Notes: generated by a model from the letters alone, not told the origin. A stretch of DNA of 64,000 nucleotides from Natronospirales bacterium (GCA_021792635.1 JAJYUH010000001.1:280710-344709); one strand, 5' to 3'. Positions 8,103 through 17,956 are shown, numbered from the stretch's first letter. A program made the numbers and translations.

Positions 8103-9645
8103 ACCCGGCGCCCTGACAGTGGGCGGACGGCCGCTGCGCATCGCCGATGTCTGCGCCGTGGCGCGCGGCGCGTCTCCTGGCTTGAACGCCGCACCCGCAT
8201 TCCGCCAGCGTATTGACGCCGGTGCACGCATGCTTGCCGGGCACATCGCCGCGGGCCGGCCGATATACGGCGTGAGCACCGGCTACGGTGATTCCTGCAC
8301 CGTCAGCATCCCGCCGCAGGTGCTGGAAGAACTGCCGGTGCACCTCATTCATTATCACGGCTGCGGCCTGGGCCGGCATTTCGACGAGCCCACCGCCGCC
8401 GCCGTCCTGGTGACGCGCCTGGCGTCACTGGCCGCCGGATTTTCCGGTGTGCGCTTCGAAGTGTTGCAGCAACTGCAGGCATTTCTGCAGCGGCGCATCA
8501 TTCCGCTGATACCAGAAGAAGGCTCGGTGGGTGCCAGCGGTGATCTCACGCCGCTGTCATACGTGGCCGCCGCGCTCATGGGTGAGCGGCAGGTGTATTT
8601 TCGCGGACGCGTGTGTGCCGCCGCGGAAGCGCTCGGGGAAACCGGCCTCCAACCCCTGACGTTCCGGCCCAAGGAAGGTCTGGCGCTCATGAACGGTACC
8701 TCGGTCATGACGGCGTTGGCTTGTCTCGCTTGGGAGCGGGCCGAATATCTGACGCGCCTGGCAAGCCGTATCACCGCCATGGCGAGCCTCGCCATGGACG
8801 GCAACCGGGAGCATTTCGCGCCGGGCCTGTTCGCCGCCAAACCCCATGCGGGCCAGCAGCAGGTGGCGGCATGGATTTACGCCGACCTGAGCGTGGGCCG
8901 CGGGGAACGGAACAACGGCGTGCAGGACCGCTATTCCATCCGCTGCGCACCCCAGGTGATCGGAGTACTGGCCGACGCGCTCGGCTGGATGCGGCGCGAT
9001 ATCGAGACCGAACTCAACAGTGCCAACGACAATCCCATCATTGATCCGGACAGCGGCGCCGTCTATCACGGCGGACATTTCTACGGCGGACACATCGCTT
9101 TCGTGGCCGACTGTCTGAAAACCGCCGTCGCCAACATCGCCGACCTGCTGGACCGGCAACTGGCGCTGCTGGTGGACAGCCGCTTCAGCAACGGCCTGCC
9201 GCGCAATCTTTCCGGTGCCCGCGGTGCACGCGCCCAGCTCAACCACGGTTTCAAGGCGGTACAGATCGCGGTCTCCGCCTGGACCGCGGAGGCGCTCAAA
9301 CTCACCATGCCGGCGAGCGTGTTCTCGCGTTCCACCGAATGCCACAACCAGGACAAGGTGAGCATGGGCACCATCGCCGCCCGCGACGCCATCCGGGTGC
9401 TGGAACTCACCGAGCAGGTGGCGGCCGCTTGTCTGGCCGCGGTTTGCCAGGCGCTGGAAATCCGCCGGCGTCTGCTGTCGCCGTCCGCCGGCCAGCCCGG
9501 GGAATCCATCCGTGCCACGCAGCAGCAGGTGCTGGCGCTGTGTCCGTTCGTGGAGGAGGACCGGCCGCTGGAAAACGAGTTGCGCAGCCTGTGTACGGCC
9601 ATTCAGCAGCGCCGCTGGCCGCTGTATGGGAAGGAAACGTCATGA
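8074..9645 (+). CDS. MIO-dependent aromatic amino acid/histidine ammonia-lyase (HAL/TAL/PAL family)
   Basis: 'GSVGASGDLTPLSYVA' (Ala-Ser-Gly MIO precursor), 'YGVSTGYG' Tyr-loop and 'NGTSVMTA'. Start ATG 8074 gives the typical N-terminus (overlaps upstream gene by 29 nt). Confidence 0.85.
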   Translation: MDKARKHLPEPGALTVGGRPLRIADVCAVARGASPGLNAAPAFRQRIDAGARMLAGHIAAGRPIYGVSTGYGDSCTVSIPPQVLEELPVHLIHYHGCGLGRHFDEPTAAAVLVTRLASLAAGFSGVRFEVLQQLQAFLQRRIIPLIPEEGSVGASGDLTPLSYVAAALMGERQVYFRGRVCAAAEALGETGLQPLTFRPKEGLALMNGTSVMTALACLAWERAEYLTRLASRITAMASLAMDGNREHFAPGLFAAKPHAGQQQVAAWIYADLSVGRGERNNGVQDRYSIRCAPQVIGVLADALGWMRRDIETELNSANDNPIIDPDSGAVYHGGHFYGGHIAFVADCLKTAVANIADLLDRQLALLVDSRFSNGLPRNLSGARGARAQLNHGFKAVQIAVSAWTAEALKLTMPASVFSRSTECHNQDKVSMGTIAARDAIRVLELTEQVAAACLAAVCQALEIRRRLLSPSAGQPGESIRATQQQVLALCPFVEEDRPLENELRSLCTAIQQRRWPLYGKETS

Positions 9646-10064
9646 TGAAAAAAGCGCTGCTGTGCGCCGAGGTGGAGATGGAAGTCCCGTTTCAGGACGT
9701 GGACGTCATGCAGGTGGTCTGGCACGGAAATTATTTCCGCTATTTCGAGGCGGCCCGCAGCCAGCTCCTGCGCAGGATTGATTACGATTATGCCGAGATG
9801 CGCGCCTCGAATTATCTGTGGCCCATCATCGAGACCCGGGTGCGTTTCGTGCAGGCAGTGCATTATCGCCAGCAAATTGTGGTGAGCGCCATGCTCATGG
9901 AATGGGAGAACCGCCTCAGAATTGATTACCGCATCCGCGATGCGCACACCGGCGCGCGGCTTACCACCTGCTACACCATCCAGTGCGCCGTGGACGCCCA
10001 AACGCACGCATTGCAACTGGTCAGCCCGCCGCCGCTCCTGGAACGTCTCAAGGCATATCTATGA
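9642..10064 (+). CDS. 4HBT/YbgC-type hotdog thioesterase (ApeK-like)
   Basis: 140 aa. 'VPFQDVDVMQVVWHGNYFRYFE' is typical of the 4-hydroxybenzoyl-CoA thioesterase fold. ATGATGA overlap with upstream stop. Confidence 0.7.
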   Translation: MMKKALLCAEVEMEVPFQDVDVMQVVWHGNYFRYFEAARSQLLRRIDYDYAEMRASNYLWPIIETRVRFVQAVHYRQQIVVSAMLMEWENRLRIDYRIRDAHTGARLTTCYTIQCAVDAQTHALQLVSPPPLLERLKAYL

Positions 10065-10642
10065 GTCGCAGGAAATCCGCAGCGGCCTTATGTGCCGTAA
10101 CCCTGTTGCTTGTCGCCGCTTTCCCGGCCGCCACCGGCGCCGCCGATCTGTCCAAGGCGCCGGAATCCTTCCGTGCGCGCTTCATCGAAACCCGCACCCT
10201 GCCCGGCTTCGATCAGCCGCTGGTTTCCCGCGGCAACGTGACTTTCAGCCGTACCCGCGGCGTCGTCTGGGAAGTGACCGCGCCCTATCATTATGTTTTC
10301 AGGCTGAGTGCCAGCGGCGCCGAAGAACAGATGCCCGACGGCTCGGTACGGCATCTGGATGCGGAACACGCACCCTGGCTTGCCGTGGTGCGGCATATCT
10401 TCAGCGGCGCCCTGGCGGGCAACATTTCGGAGCTGAGACGCTATTTTCACGTGCGGGTGACGGCGCTCCGGGCCGGCCGCCGCATCGAACTCACTCCCAA
10501 ATCCGGTCCCATGGCCAAGGCCATAAACCATATCCGCGTCACCGAGGCGGGTACGCCCCGGTCCCTGCGCATTGATGAAGCATCCGGCGGCCGCATCGTC
10601 ATCCGTTTCCTGGAAGCAAAAACCGCCGCGGAGATGCCGTGA
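10061..10642 (+). CDS. LolA-like periplasmic lipid/lipoprotein carrier (ApeL-like)
   Basis: Signal peptide 'MSRRKSAAALCAVTLLLVAAFPAATGA'. Size and position between the thioesterase and the MMPL exporter match APE clusters. Confidence 0.55.
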   Translation: MSRRKSAAALCAVTLLLVAAFPAATGAADLSKAPESFRARFIETRTLPGFDQPLVSRGNVTFSRTRGVVWEVTAPYHYVFRLSASGAEEQMPDGSVRHLDAEHAPWLAVVRHIFSGALAGNISELRRYFHVRVTALRAGRRIELTPKSGPMAKAINHIRVTEAGTPRSLRIDEASGGRIVIRFLEAKTAAEMP

Positions 10643-12951
10643 GTGCACCGGCCACGACGCTCATCAAACCGCTGATCTGGATTGCTGCGCTGACACTGCT
10701 GTGCGTGTGCGCCGCCCTGCGACTGGATCCGCGGCAACCGGTGGATACCAATCTTCTGGATCTGTTGCCGGCGACGCAGCAATCACCGCTGCTGGACGCG
10801 GCCACGGAGCGCACCCAGGGCGCGTTCTTGCGGGAATTGCTGCTGGTGGTAAGCGCCGCGGATTACTCGCAGGCGCGGCGCGGCGCAAAGGCCGCGCAAA
10901 CCGCGTTCGCCGCGGCGGGCCTGCCGCTCGCGGATGCGGCACGGAGTGTCCAGGCATTGATCGGCCTGTATCGCCGGCATCGTTACGCTTTGCTGACCGC
11001 TGCGGACCGGCAGCAGCTCGACAGAAACCCCGCCGGCGCCTTCACCAATGACGTGGCCGGCGAGTTTGCCAATCCGGCCGGCATGATGGGCGTATTTGGC
11101 GGCGATCCCGGCGGTTATCTCGGTCGCTTTCTCATGGGTCTGCCGCAGCCTTATGCAAACTTCACGCCTGACGGTGCGTTCATGTCGGCGCGGCGCAACG
11201 GAAAAAATTATTTCCTGTTGCGCGCCACGCTGCCGGAAGCGGCCCTGGGGGAGCGGGGTGCGGCACATGCGGCGCGCGCGGTGGCGGCAGCGCACGCCGC
11301 AGTAATGACACAATGTCCCGCATGCCGGGTGCGAGCCACCGGCGCGGCACTGTTCGCGGCTGCGGCCCAGAACGAAGCCCGGCAGGAAGTGTTATGGCTC
11401 ACCGCGGCCTCCATGCTGTTCATCGTGCTGCTGATCCTGCTGGTGTTCCGCAGTCTGCGGCCACTGATCCTGGGGGTACTGTCCGTCGGCGCGGGCGTGC
11501 TGGCGGGCGCCGCCGCGGTGCTGATCGGTTTCGGTTCGGTGCACATCCTGACGCTGGTATGCGGCACCACGCTGCTGGGGATCGCCATTGATTATGCCTT
11601 CCTGTATTTCGCCGAACACTGGTTCGGCGGCGGTGCGGCGCAATACACGCTCCACTCGGTTCTGCCGGGTCTGACCATGGGGCTCATCACCGGCGTCATT
11701 GCCTTCGCTTTCCTGCCGCTGGCCGGGTTTCCGGCGCTCACGCAGATCGCCGTATTTTCCGTGGCCGGGCTGATGATGTCGTACGCCACGGTGGTGTTGC
11801 TGTTTCCGTCGGCACTGCGCAAACGCCCCGCCGTCCGGTTTGCGAAACTATTGCAATTCCCGCAGCGGCTGCTGGTACTGGCTTGCCGGCGCACCCGCTG
11901 GCGCTATCTGGTGCCGCTGATCCTGCTCTTGTTATCCGTTCCGGGATGGTTCCAGTTGCACGCCAGCGACGCTGTGCGCGAATTGCAGAATTTTCCCAAG
12001 CCCCTGCTCAACGCCGACCGGGACGTTCGCACGCTGCTGGGACAGACATCGCCGCCGGGTTTCTTTCTGATTGAAGGCGGAAATCTCCAGCAGGCTTTGC
12101 AGCGGGAAGAGACCTTGTTCAATGTCACGGCTGTCGCAGTTCCCGGTGCGGTGGCATTGGGACTGTCGCGCTTCCTGCCTTCCGCATCGCGGCAGCGGGC
12201 GAACCTGGAGACCTGGGCGAGGGTTTATCGTGGTCCCGCGGCGCTCAAACGGGCGTTCGCACACATCGGTCTGCCTCCCGCATACGTGAATACCATGGAA
12301 GCCGGCTGGAAACACAATGCGCACACGCCGCTGACGCCGCGGGCTCTTTTGGCGGCGGAACCGGACCTGGGCCAGTTCGTGGTACGGGCGCGTAACCGCT
12401 GGGCGCTGATCGCCACCCTGCTCTCGTCACCCGCTACCGTGCCACAATTGCAAAACGCCGCAGCGCAGGTGCCCGGCGTGCGTTTCGTGGCGCCGTTGCA
12501 GCGCCTCACCGATACCTTCCGGCAGATCCGCCGGCGCGCCACCTGGCTGGTGGCGGCGGGGTATGTGCTGATTTCGCTGCTGCTCATCGGGCGTTACGGA
12601 CGGCGCGACACCCTGCGCATGCTGTATCCGCCGCTCCTGTCCCTGGCGGTGACGCTCGGGGCGCTCGGCTGGTTGCGGGTACCGGTGAATATTTTCGTGA
12701 TCGTCGGTCTGATCCTGGTACTGGGGGTGGGCCGGGATTACACCGTGTTTCTGCGGGAAGGCGCCCGCTCGCAGGCCACCGCTCTGGGGGTGACACTGGC
12801 GGCGCTGGCCACTCTGTGCTCATTCGGCATGCTGACCTTCAGCGCGATTCCCGCGCTGCATGCCTTTGGTCTCGCCACGCTGATCGGCATCCTGGCGAGC
12901 TATCTGAGTGCGCCCCTTTCCATTGCGCCGCACACGGAGGAGGCGACATGA
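10639..12951 (+). CDS. MMPL/RND-superfamily membrane exporter (ApeM-like)
   Basis: 770 aa with two blocks of about 6 TM helices separated by soluble domains. GTG start overlaps the upstream TGA. Confidence 0.75.
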   Translation: MSAPATTLIKPLIWIAALTLLCVCAALRLDPRQPVDTNLLDLLPATQQSPLLDAATERTQGAFLRELLLVVSAADYSQARRGAKAAQTAFAAAGLPLADAARSVQALIGLYRRHRYALLTAADRQQLDRNPAGAFTNDVAGEFANPAGMMGVFGGDPGGYLGRFLMGLPQPYANFTPDGAFMSARRNGKNYFLLRATLPEAALGERGAAHAARAVAAAHAAVMTQCPACRVRATGAALFAAAAQNEARQEVLWLTAASMLFIVLLILLVFRSLRPLILGVLSVGAGVLAGAAAVLIGFGSVHILTLVCGTTLLGIAIDYAFLYFAEHWFGGGAAQYTLHSVLPGLTMGLITGVIAFAFLPLAGFPALTQIAVFSVAGLMMSYATVVLLFPSALRKRPAVRFAKLLQFPQRLLVLACRRTRWRYLVPLILLLLSVPGWFQLHASDAVRELQNFPKPLLNADRDVRTLLGQTSPPGFFLIEGGNLQQALQREETLFNVTAVAVPGAVALGLSRFLPSASRQRANLETWARVYRGPAALKRAFAHIGLPPAYVNTMEAGWKHNAHTPLTPRALLAAEPDLGQFVVRARNRWALIATLLSSPATVPQLQNAAAQVPGVRFVAPLQRLTDTFRQIRRRATWLVAAGYVLISLLLIGRYGRRDTLRMLYPPLLSLAVTLGALGWLRVPVNIFVIVGLILVLGVGRDYTVFLREGARSQATALGVTLAALATLCSFGMLTFSAIPALHAFGLATLIGILASYLSAPLSIAPHTEEAT

Positions 12952-13526
12952 ACAGGCAGGCCGGGTCTGCCGCTTTGGCATTGAGCGTACTGTTCACAGC
13001 CGGCTGTGCCAGCATGCTTCCGGCGGCCGGCTGCATGGCTTTCGTCCGCGGTGGACAGCTCTGTCTGCTGCCGCCGGCGCAATTGCCGCCGCTGGACGGT
13101 GCCCACATGGTCACCATTGATCATGACGGCACGCAGCAGACGTTCATCGGCCAACTGCATATTGATGCACGTGTCATCCGTCTGGCAGGCAGCAGCCTGC
13201 TCGGCCCCGGCCTGTTCAGCGTCAGCTACAACGGCCGCACTCTGCAAAGCGAGCCGGCCCACGGACCACAGCGTGCTGACCTGCTCATCATCATGCTGGA
13301 GCTGGTGATGGCCCGGCAACGGGCACTGCAACCGGCATTACGCGGCATGCGACTGACACAAACCACGGCTGCGGACGGCACGCGGGTGCGTGAACTCTTC
13401 GCGGGGGGGCGTCGGGTAGCGCATATCGAAATCAGCACCGGGCCGCTGAGGCAGGCCACCATCCGCTTCGATATTCCGCCGGCGCATCTGTCTGTATTGA
13501 TGCAACCGCTGGCGGCACGGCCCTGA
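12948..13526 (+). CDS. lipoprotein, DUF3261-like (ApeN-like)
   Basis: Lipobox 'LFTAGC' after a signal peptide. ATGA overlap upstream. Assignment rests on position in the cluster. Confidence 0.55.
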   Translation: MNRQAGSAALALSVLFTAGCASMLPAAGCMAFVRGGQLCLLPPAQLPPLDGAHMVTIDHDGTQQTFIGQLHIDARVIRLAGSSLLGPGLFSVSYNGRTLQSEPAHGPQRADLLIIMLELVMARQRALQPALRGMRLTQTTAADGTRVRELFAGGRRVAHIEISTGPLRQATIRFDIPPAHLSVLMQPLAARP

Positions 13527-14704
13527 TGCGCACCTATTTGCACGCACTCGGCATCATCAATGCACTGGGCAGTGGCGCACAGACGGTGCGCACCGGGCTG
13601 CACACCGCCAGCCTTTCACGCCTGGTGGTGCGTGACGACCTGGTGCCGGGGCGGGAGGTGCGGGTGGCCGCGGTAAATGAGACATTGCCGGACATCCTGC
13701 CGGCGCTTACGGCGGCGTACGCCAGCCGCAACAATCGCCTGCTGCAGGCGTGCGTGCATCAGATACGTCCGCAGATTGACGCGGTCATCAACCGCTTCGG
13801 TCCCGGACGCGTCGGCATCGTACTGGGCACCAGCACCTCGGGCATTCTGGAAGGCGAACAGGCGGTCAGGCGGCGCCGCGAGCAGGGTGAATTCCCGCAC
13901 GAGTTCGATTACCGGCAGCAGGAAATCAGCAGCCCTTCGGAATATCTCCGGCGTGCGCTCGGCATCACCGGCCCGGCCTGGACCGTATCCACCGCCTGCA
14001 CCTCCAGTGCCAAGGCCTTCGCCTCCGCACGCCGGCTGCTGCGCATGAACGCATGCGACGCGGTAATCGCGGGCGGCGCCGATTCCCTGTGCCGGCTCAC
14101 GCTCAACGGCTTTACGGCACTGGAGTCGGTGGCACGGCAGGTCTGTAATCCCTTCAGCCGCAACCGCGACGGCATCATGCTCGGCGAAGGTGCGGCGGTG
14201 CTGGTATTGTCGCGGCAACCGGGGCCGGTGTGCCTGCTGGGCGTGGGAGAATCCTCCGACGCCTATCACATCTCGGGGCCGGACCCGGAAGGCCGGGGCG
14301 CGGAAATCGCCATGCGCGCGGCGCTCACGGACGCGGGTATGACTGCCGGCGAGGTGGATTACCTCAATCTCCACGGCACCGGTACCCCGCAGAACGACCT
14401 GATGGAAAGCCACGCGGTGGCGCGCGTATTCGGCACGGATTTGCCCTGCAGTTCCACCAAACCGCTGGTGGGGCACATGCTGGGCGCGGCAGGCGCCACC
14501 GAGCTGGCTTTTTGCTGGCTGCTGCTCACGGAACACGGTGCGCACACGCGCCTGCCGCCCCATGTATGGGACGGCGAACGGGATCCGGCGCTTGCTCCCT
14601 TAAGCCTGTGCGCGCAGGATGACCCGTCGCGCGACTGCCATATCATGGCCAGCAACTCGTTCGCCTTCGGCGGCAGCAATACCACATTGATAATAGGGGC
14701 TTGA
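13526..14704 (+). CDS. beta-ketoacyl-ACP synthase (KAS I/II family, ApeO-like)
   Basis: 'STACTSSAKAF' (active Cys), 'LHGTGTPQND' and 'GHMLGAAG' (His-His). 392 aa. Confidence 0.85.
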   Translation: MRTYLHALGIINALGSGAQTVRTGLHTASLSRLVVRDDLVPGREVRVAAVNETLPDILPALTAAYASRNNRLLQACVHQIRPQIDAVINRFGPGRVGIVLGTSTSGILEGEQAVRRRREQGEFPHEFDYRQQEISSPSEYLRRALGITGPAWTVSTACTSSAKAFASARRLLRMNACDAVIAGGADSLCRLTLNGFTALESVARQVCNPFSRNRDGIMLGEGAAVLVLSRQPGPVCLLGVGESSDAYHISGPDPEGRGAEIAMRAALTDAGMTAGEVDYLNLHGTGTPQNDLMESHAVARVFGTDLPCSSTKPLVGHMLGAAGATELAFCWLLLTEHGAHTRLPPHVWDGERDPALAPLSLCAQDDPSRDCHIMASNSFAFGGSNTTLIIGA

Positions 14705-14707
14705 AGC

Positions 14708-15154
14708 ATGGCGGAAGCATTGCCGGCAGTCGCGGAATTGCTACCCCTCGCCGGTAGCGCAATTCTGCTGGATGAATTGCGGGCGGAAACCGCCCACGGC
14801 GTGATTGCCGCGGCCCGCATCGGCCGCAGCCACCTGTTCTTTTCCGTTGAACAGCGGGGTGTGCCCAGTTGGGTGGGCATTGAACTCATGGCCCAGACCA
14901 TTGGCCTGCATGCCGGTCTGGTGGCACGCCGGGAAAACCGGCCGCCGCAGGTGGGGTACCTCCTGGGCACACGGCGCTATGCGCCCGAGACGTCATGGTT
15001 CCCGGAGGGCGCATCGCTCGAGATCCGCGTCGAGCGGCTCTATCTGGATGACTCCGGACTGGGGGCTTACGATTGCACCATCGTCAGTGACGACGCGTTG
15101 CTGGCGCATGCCACCATCACCGTGTTTCAAACTGCAGCCGAGGTGGGCCCGTGA
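14708..15154 (+). CDS. hotdog-fold dehydratase (ApeP-like)
   Basis: 148 aa. 'GIELMAQTIG' resembles the FabZ-like hotdog core. Lies between the KS and KR genes. Confidence 0.6.
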   Translation: MAEALPAVAELLPLAGSAILLDELRAETAHGVIAAARIGRSHLFFSVEQRGVPSWVGIELMAQTIGLHAGLVARRENRPPQVGYLLGTRRYAPETSWFPEGASLEIRVERLYLDDSGLGAYDCTIVSDDALLAHATITVFQTAAEVGP

Positions 15155-15882
15155 GTACCGCGAAACGGGTACTGGTGACCGGCGCGAGCCGGGGCATCGG
15201 CAAGGCCATTGCCGTGAAGCTGGCGCAAGACGGTTTTGCCGTCACGGTGCATGGTTACCGCAGCCCGGAAAAGGCCGAAGCCGTGGTCGCGCAGATACGC
15301 GCCGCGGGCGCCGCCGCCGCCACACTCGCTTTCGATATCGCGGATCGCGCACAAGCGGGTGCCGCGCTGGCACAGGATGTGGCCGCCCACGGCGCGTATT
15401 GGGGTGTGGTGTGCAACGCCGGCATCGCCGCCGACCATGCCTTTCCCGCCATGCCCGCCGAAGACTGGGAGCGTGTGATTCACACCAATCTGGGCGGTTT
15501 CTACAATGTGCTGCAGCCGCTCGTCATGCCCATGGTGCGCCTGCATCAGGGCGGCCGCATTGTCACGCTGGCGTCCGTGTCGGGCCTCATGGGTAACCGC
15601 GGCCAGGTGAATTACAGCGCCTCCAAGGCCGGCATCATCGGCGCCAGCAAGGCCCTGGCGGTGGAACTGGCGAGCCGCCAGATCACCGTGAACTGCGTGG
15701 CGCCGGGCCTGATCGAGACCGACATGAGCGGCGGCTTGCCGCTGGAAGACCTGCTCAAACAGATTCCCATGGGCCGCGTGGGTCAACCCGAGGAAGTGGC
15801 GGCACTGGTGGGCTTCCTGTTTTCCGACGGCGCCGCCTACATCACCCGCCAGGTGTTTTCCGTGAACGGAGGCATGGTGTGA
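15151..15882 (+). CDS. fabG: 3-oxoacyl-ACP reductase (SDR, FabG family, ApeQ-like)
   Basis: 'VTGASRGIGKAIA' Rossmann motif and 'YSASKAG' (YxxxK). 243 aa. Confidence 0.9.
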   Translation: MSTAKRVLVTGASRGIGKAIAVKLAQDGFAVTVHGYRSPEKAEAVVAQIRAAGAAAATLAFDIADRAQAGAALAQDVAAHGAYWGVVCNAGIAADHAFPAMPAEDWERVIHTNLGGFYNVLQPLVMPMVRLHQGGRIVTLASVSGLMGNRGQVNYSASKAGIIGASKALAVELASRQITVNCVAPGLIETDMSGGLPLEDLLKQIPMGRVGQPEEVAALVGFLFSDGAAYITRQVFSVNGGMV

Positions 15883-17120
15883 TGCGGCGCGTGGTGGTGA
15901 CCGGCATGGGCGGTTTGACTGCACTCGGTCATGACTGGCCATGCATCGGCGAAAATTTGCGCGCGCGCCGTTCCGGGGTGCGGCACATGCAGGAATGGGA
16001 GCGCTACGCGGATCTCAATACACGGCTGGCCGCTCCCGTGGCGGCGTTTGAACTTCCGCCCCACTATAACCGCAAAACCATGCGCAGCATGGGACCGGTG
16101 GCACTCATGTCCACCCGCGCGACGGAGCTCGCGCTGCAAGACGCGGGTCTGCTCCGGCATCCGGTGCTCACTTCCGGTCAGACCGGTATCGCGCATGGCG
16201 CCTGCTCCGGCAGCACGGAAGCGGTGGTGGCCTTCGGCCGCATGGCCATCACCGGCAACCTGCGCGGCATCACCTCCAGCACCTATGTGCAGATGATGAG
16301 TCACACCGGTGCGGTGAACATCAGTCTGTTCTTCGGCATTACCGGGCGCATCATCCCGACCAGCAGCGCCTGCACTTCCGGCAGCCAGGCCATCGGTTTT
16401 GCCTACGAGACCATCAAATACGGACGGCAGACGGTGATGATCGCGGGCGGTGCCGAGGAGTTGAGCGTCGGACCGTCCGCCGTGTTTGATACCCTGTTTG
16501 CCACCAGTACCCGCAATCACGCGCCTCACACCACACCGCGGCCCTTCGACCGCGACCGCGACGGGCTGGTGGTGGGCGAGGGCGCCGCCACGCTGATTCT
16601 CGAGGACCTGGAGCACGCCCGGCGGCGCGGCGCGCGCATCTACGCGGAAGTGCTGGGCTTCGGCAGCAATACCGATGGCTCTCATATCACCCAGCCCCGG
16701 GTCGAGACCATGGCCATGGCCCTGCAACTGGCGCTTGAGGATGCCGGATTGGCGCCCGCCGACATCGGCTACGTCAACGCCCACGGCACCGGCACGGACC
16801 GCGGCGATATCGCCGAATCCGTCGCCACCCAGAACATCCTCGGCAAGCGCGTGCCCATCAGCTCGCTCAAGAGTTATTTCGGCCACACGCTGGGGGCCTG
16901 CGGCTCCCTGGAAGCCTGGCTCAGTATCGAGATGATGCGGGACAACTGGTTTGCGCCCACCATCAACCTGGACAACCTGGATCCCGCCTGCGCCGAACTG
17001 GATTACCTCACCGGCGACGGCCGCCGCTTTGAGGCGGAGCACATCATGAGCAACAACTTCGCCTTCGGCGGCATCAATACCAGCCTCATCTTTCGCCGCT
17101 GGGACGGCGCCGGCGCCTGA
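15879..17120 (+). CDS. beta-ketoacyl-ACP synthase (FabB/FabF family, ApeR-like)
   Basis: 'SSACTSGSQAIG' (Cys), 'NAHGTGT' and 'FGHTLGACG' (His-His). 413 aa. Confidence 0.9.
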   Translation: MMRRVVVTGMGGLTALGHDWPCIGENLRARRSGVRHMQEWERYADLNTRLAAPVAAFELPPHYNRKTMRSMGPVALMSTRATELALQDAGLLRHPVLTSGQTGIAHGACSGSTEAVVAFGRMAITGNLRGITSSTYVQMMSHTGAVNISLFFGITGRIIPTSSACTSGSQAIGFAYETIKYGRQTVMIAGGAEELSVGPSAVFDTLFATSTRNHAPHTTPRPFDRDRDGLVVGEGAATLILEDLEHARRRGARIYAEVLGFGSNTDGSHITQPRVETMAMALQLALEDAGLAPADIGYVNAHGTGTDRGDIAESVATQNILGKRVPISSLKSYFGHTLGACGSLEAWLSIEMMRDNWFAPTINLDNLDPACAELDYLTGDGRRFEAEHIMSNNFAFGGINTSLIFRRWDGAGA

Positions 17121-17125
17121 CCGCG

Positions 17126-17956
17126 TCACATATATTCGTAAAGTGCACCGGCGCTTTTGACAAAGCGGTCAAATGGCAGGCGGAAGCGCCGTTCGTAAAA
17201 TAATGTGCCATGGTGAGGCGGCTGCGTGTAATCGCGGTCCTCCGGCACCCGCCGGTAGGCTTGATGCCCGCGTAACAGCAGTTGCACGATTGAGCCCGGC
17301 AACAGAGCGAGAAACGTCGCGCGCTGGGTTTTATAACTGCGTGCCAGGGCAAGTGCGTGGAACGCGTGCATGCGGTTCAGGGAGGTCGCCAATATATCCC
17401 GGTTGCCGTTTATGAATTGCATGACAGCGGCTGATCCCGGCCGCTTGCGCGCGGCGTTATAGGCCGGGAATTCGTACAGTTGTTGCCGCAAATTCCGTGC
17501 GCGCGCGAATGCCACACCAATCATGTGGCTCGCATCATGGTCCGGATGACCGCCTTCCCACGCCATCACGTAGATGCGATCAATGGGCGTGGTATCCATG
17601 AGAGCACACAGGCTCCGGTAGCCATCCACTATCCGTTCGGGAAGCCGGCAATCAAAGATATTTTTCTCATAGCCGGTCAGGAATATGTCCGCGGGATTGA
17701 CCCCCAGCCCGGTCAATACCCTGGTACTTTCTGCGATACGCGTTTTTGAGTCGGCACCGTATATGCTGCCATGGGTAAGATAAACGACCAAAACACGGTT
17801 ACCCGACCGCAGTTCCTCACGGATACGCAGCGAGCAAAAGTATTCATCGTCATTATGCGCGAGTAACAGCAAAACGTTCACGCCACGTCGTCCCCAATCT
17901 TGAATTTGCATCCATCGCGAAAACCGGTCCGGCAAATAACGGGTTGCCTGCATCAT
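17126..17956 (-). CDS. PIG-L/LmbE-family N-deacetylase
   Basis: 'LLLLAHNDDE' (AHPDDE-like) and 'GGHPDHDASH' (HPDH) zinc-site motifs. Convergent with the last KS, only 5 nt between the stops. Confidence 0.7.
   Translation of the reverse strand: MMQATRYLPDRFSRWMQIQDWGRRGVNVLLLLAHNDDEYFCSLRIREELRSGNRVLVVYLTHGSIYGADSKTRIAESTRVLTGLGVNPADIFLTGYEKNIFDCRLPERIVDGYRSLCALMDTTPIDRIYVMAWEGGHPDHDASHMIGVAFARARNLRQQLYEFPAYNAARKRPGSAAVMQFINGNRDILATSLNRMHAFHALALARSYKTQRATFLALLPGSIVQLLLRGHQAYRRVPEDRDYTQPPHHGTLFYERRFRLPFDRFVKSAGALYEYM

Noticed and set aside
6246-8279. 677-aa ORF on the minus strand across the GT2-LpxL gene. Similar long antisense ORFs occur at 15837-17129, 18073-19335, 20480-21514 (+), 25546-26442, 27607-29034, 29001-30143, 30791-31819, 32085-33620 and 41786-43237.
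   Set aside because: These are typical shadow ORFs of a high-GC genome. They give Arg/His/Gly/Pro-rich low-complexity translations with no motifs, each exactly antisense to a gene with strong family signatures and better third-position GC bias.
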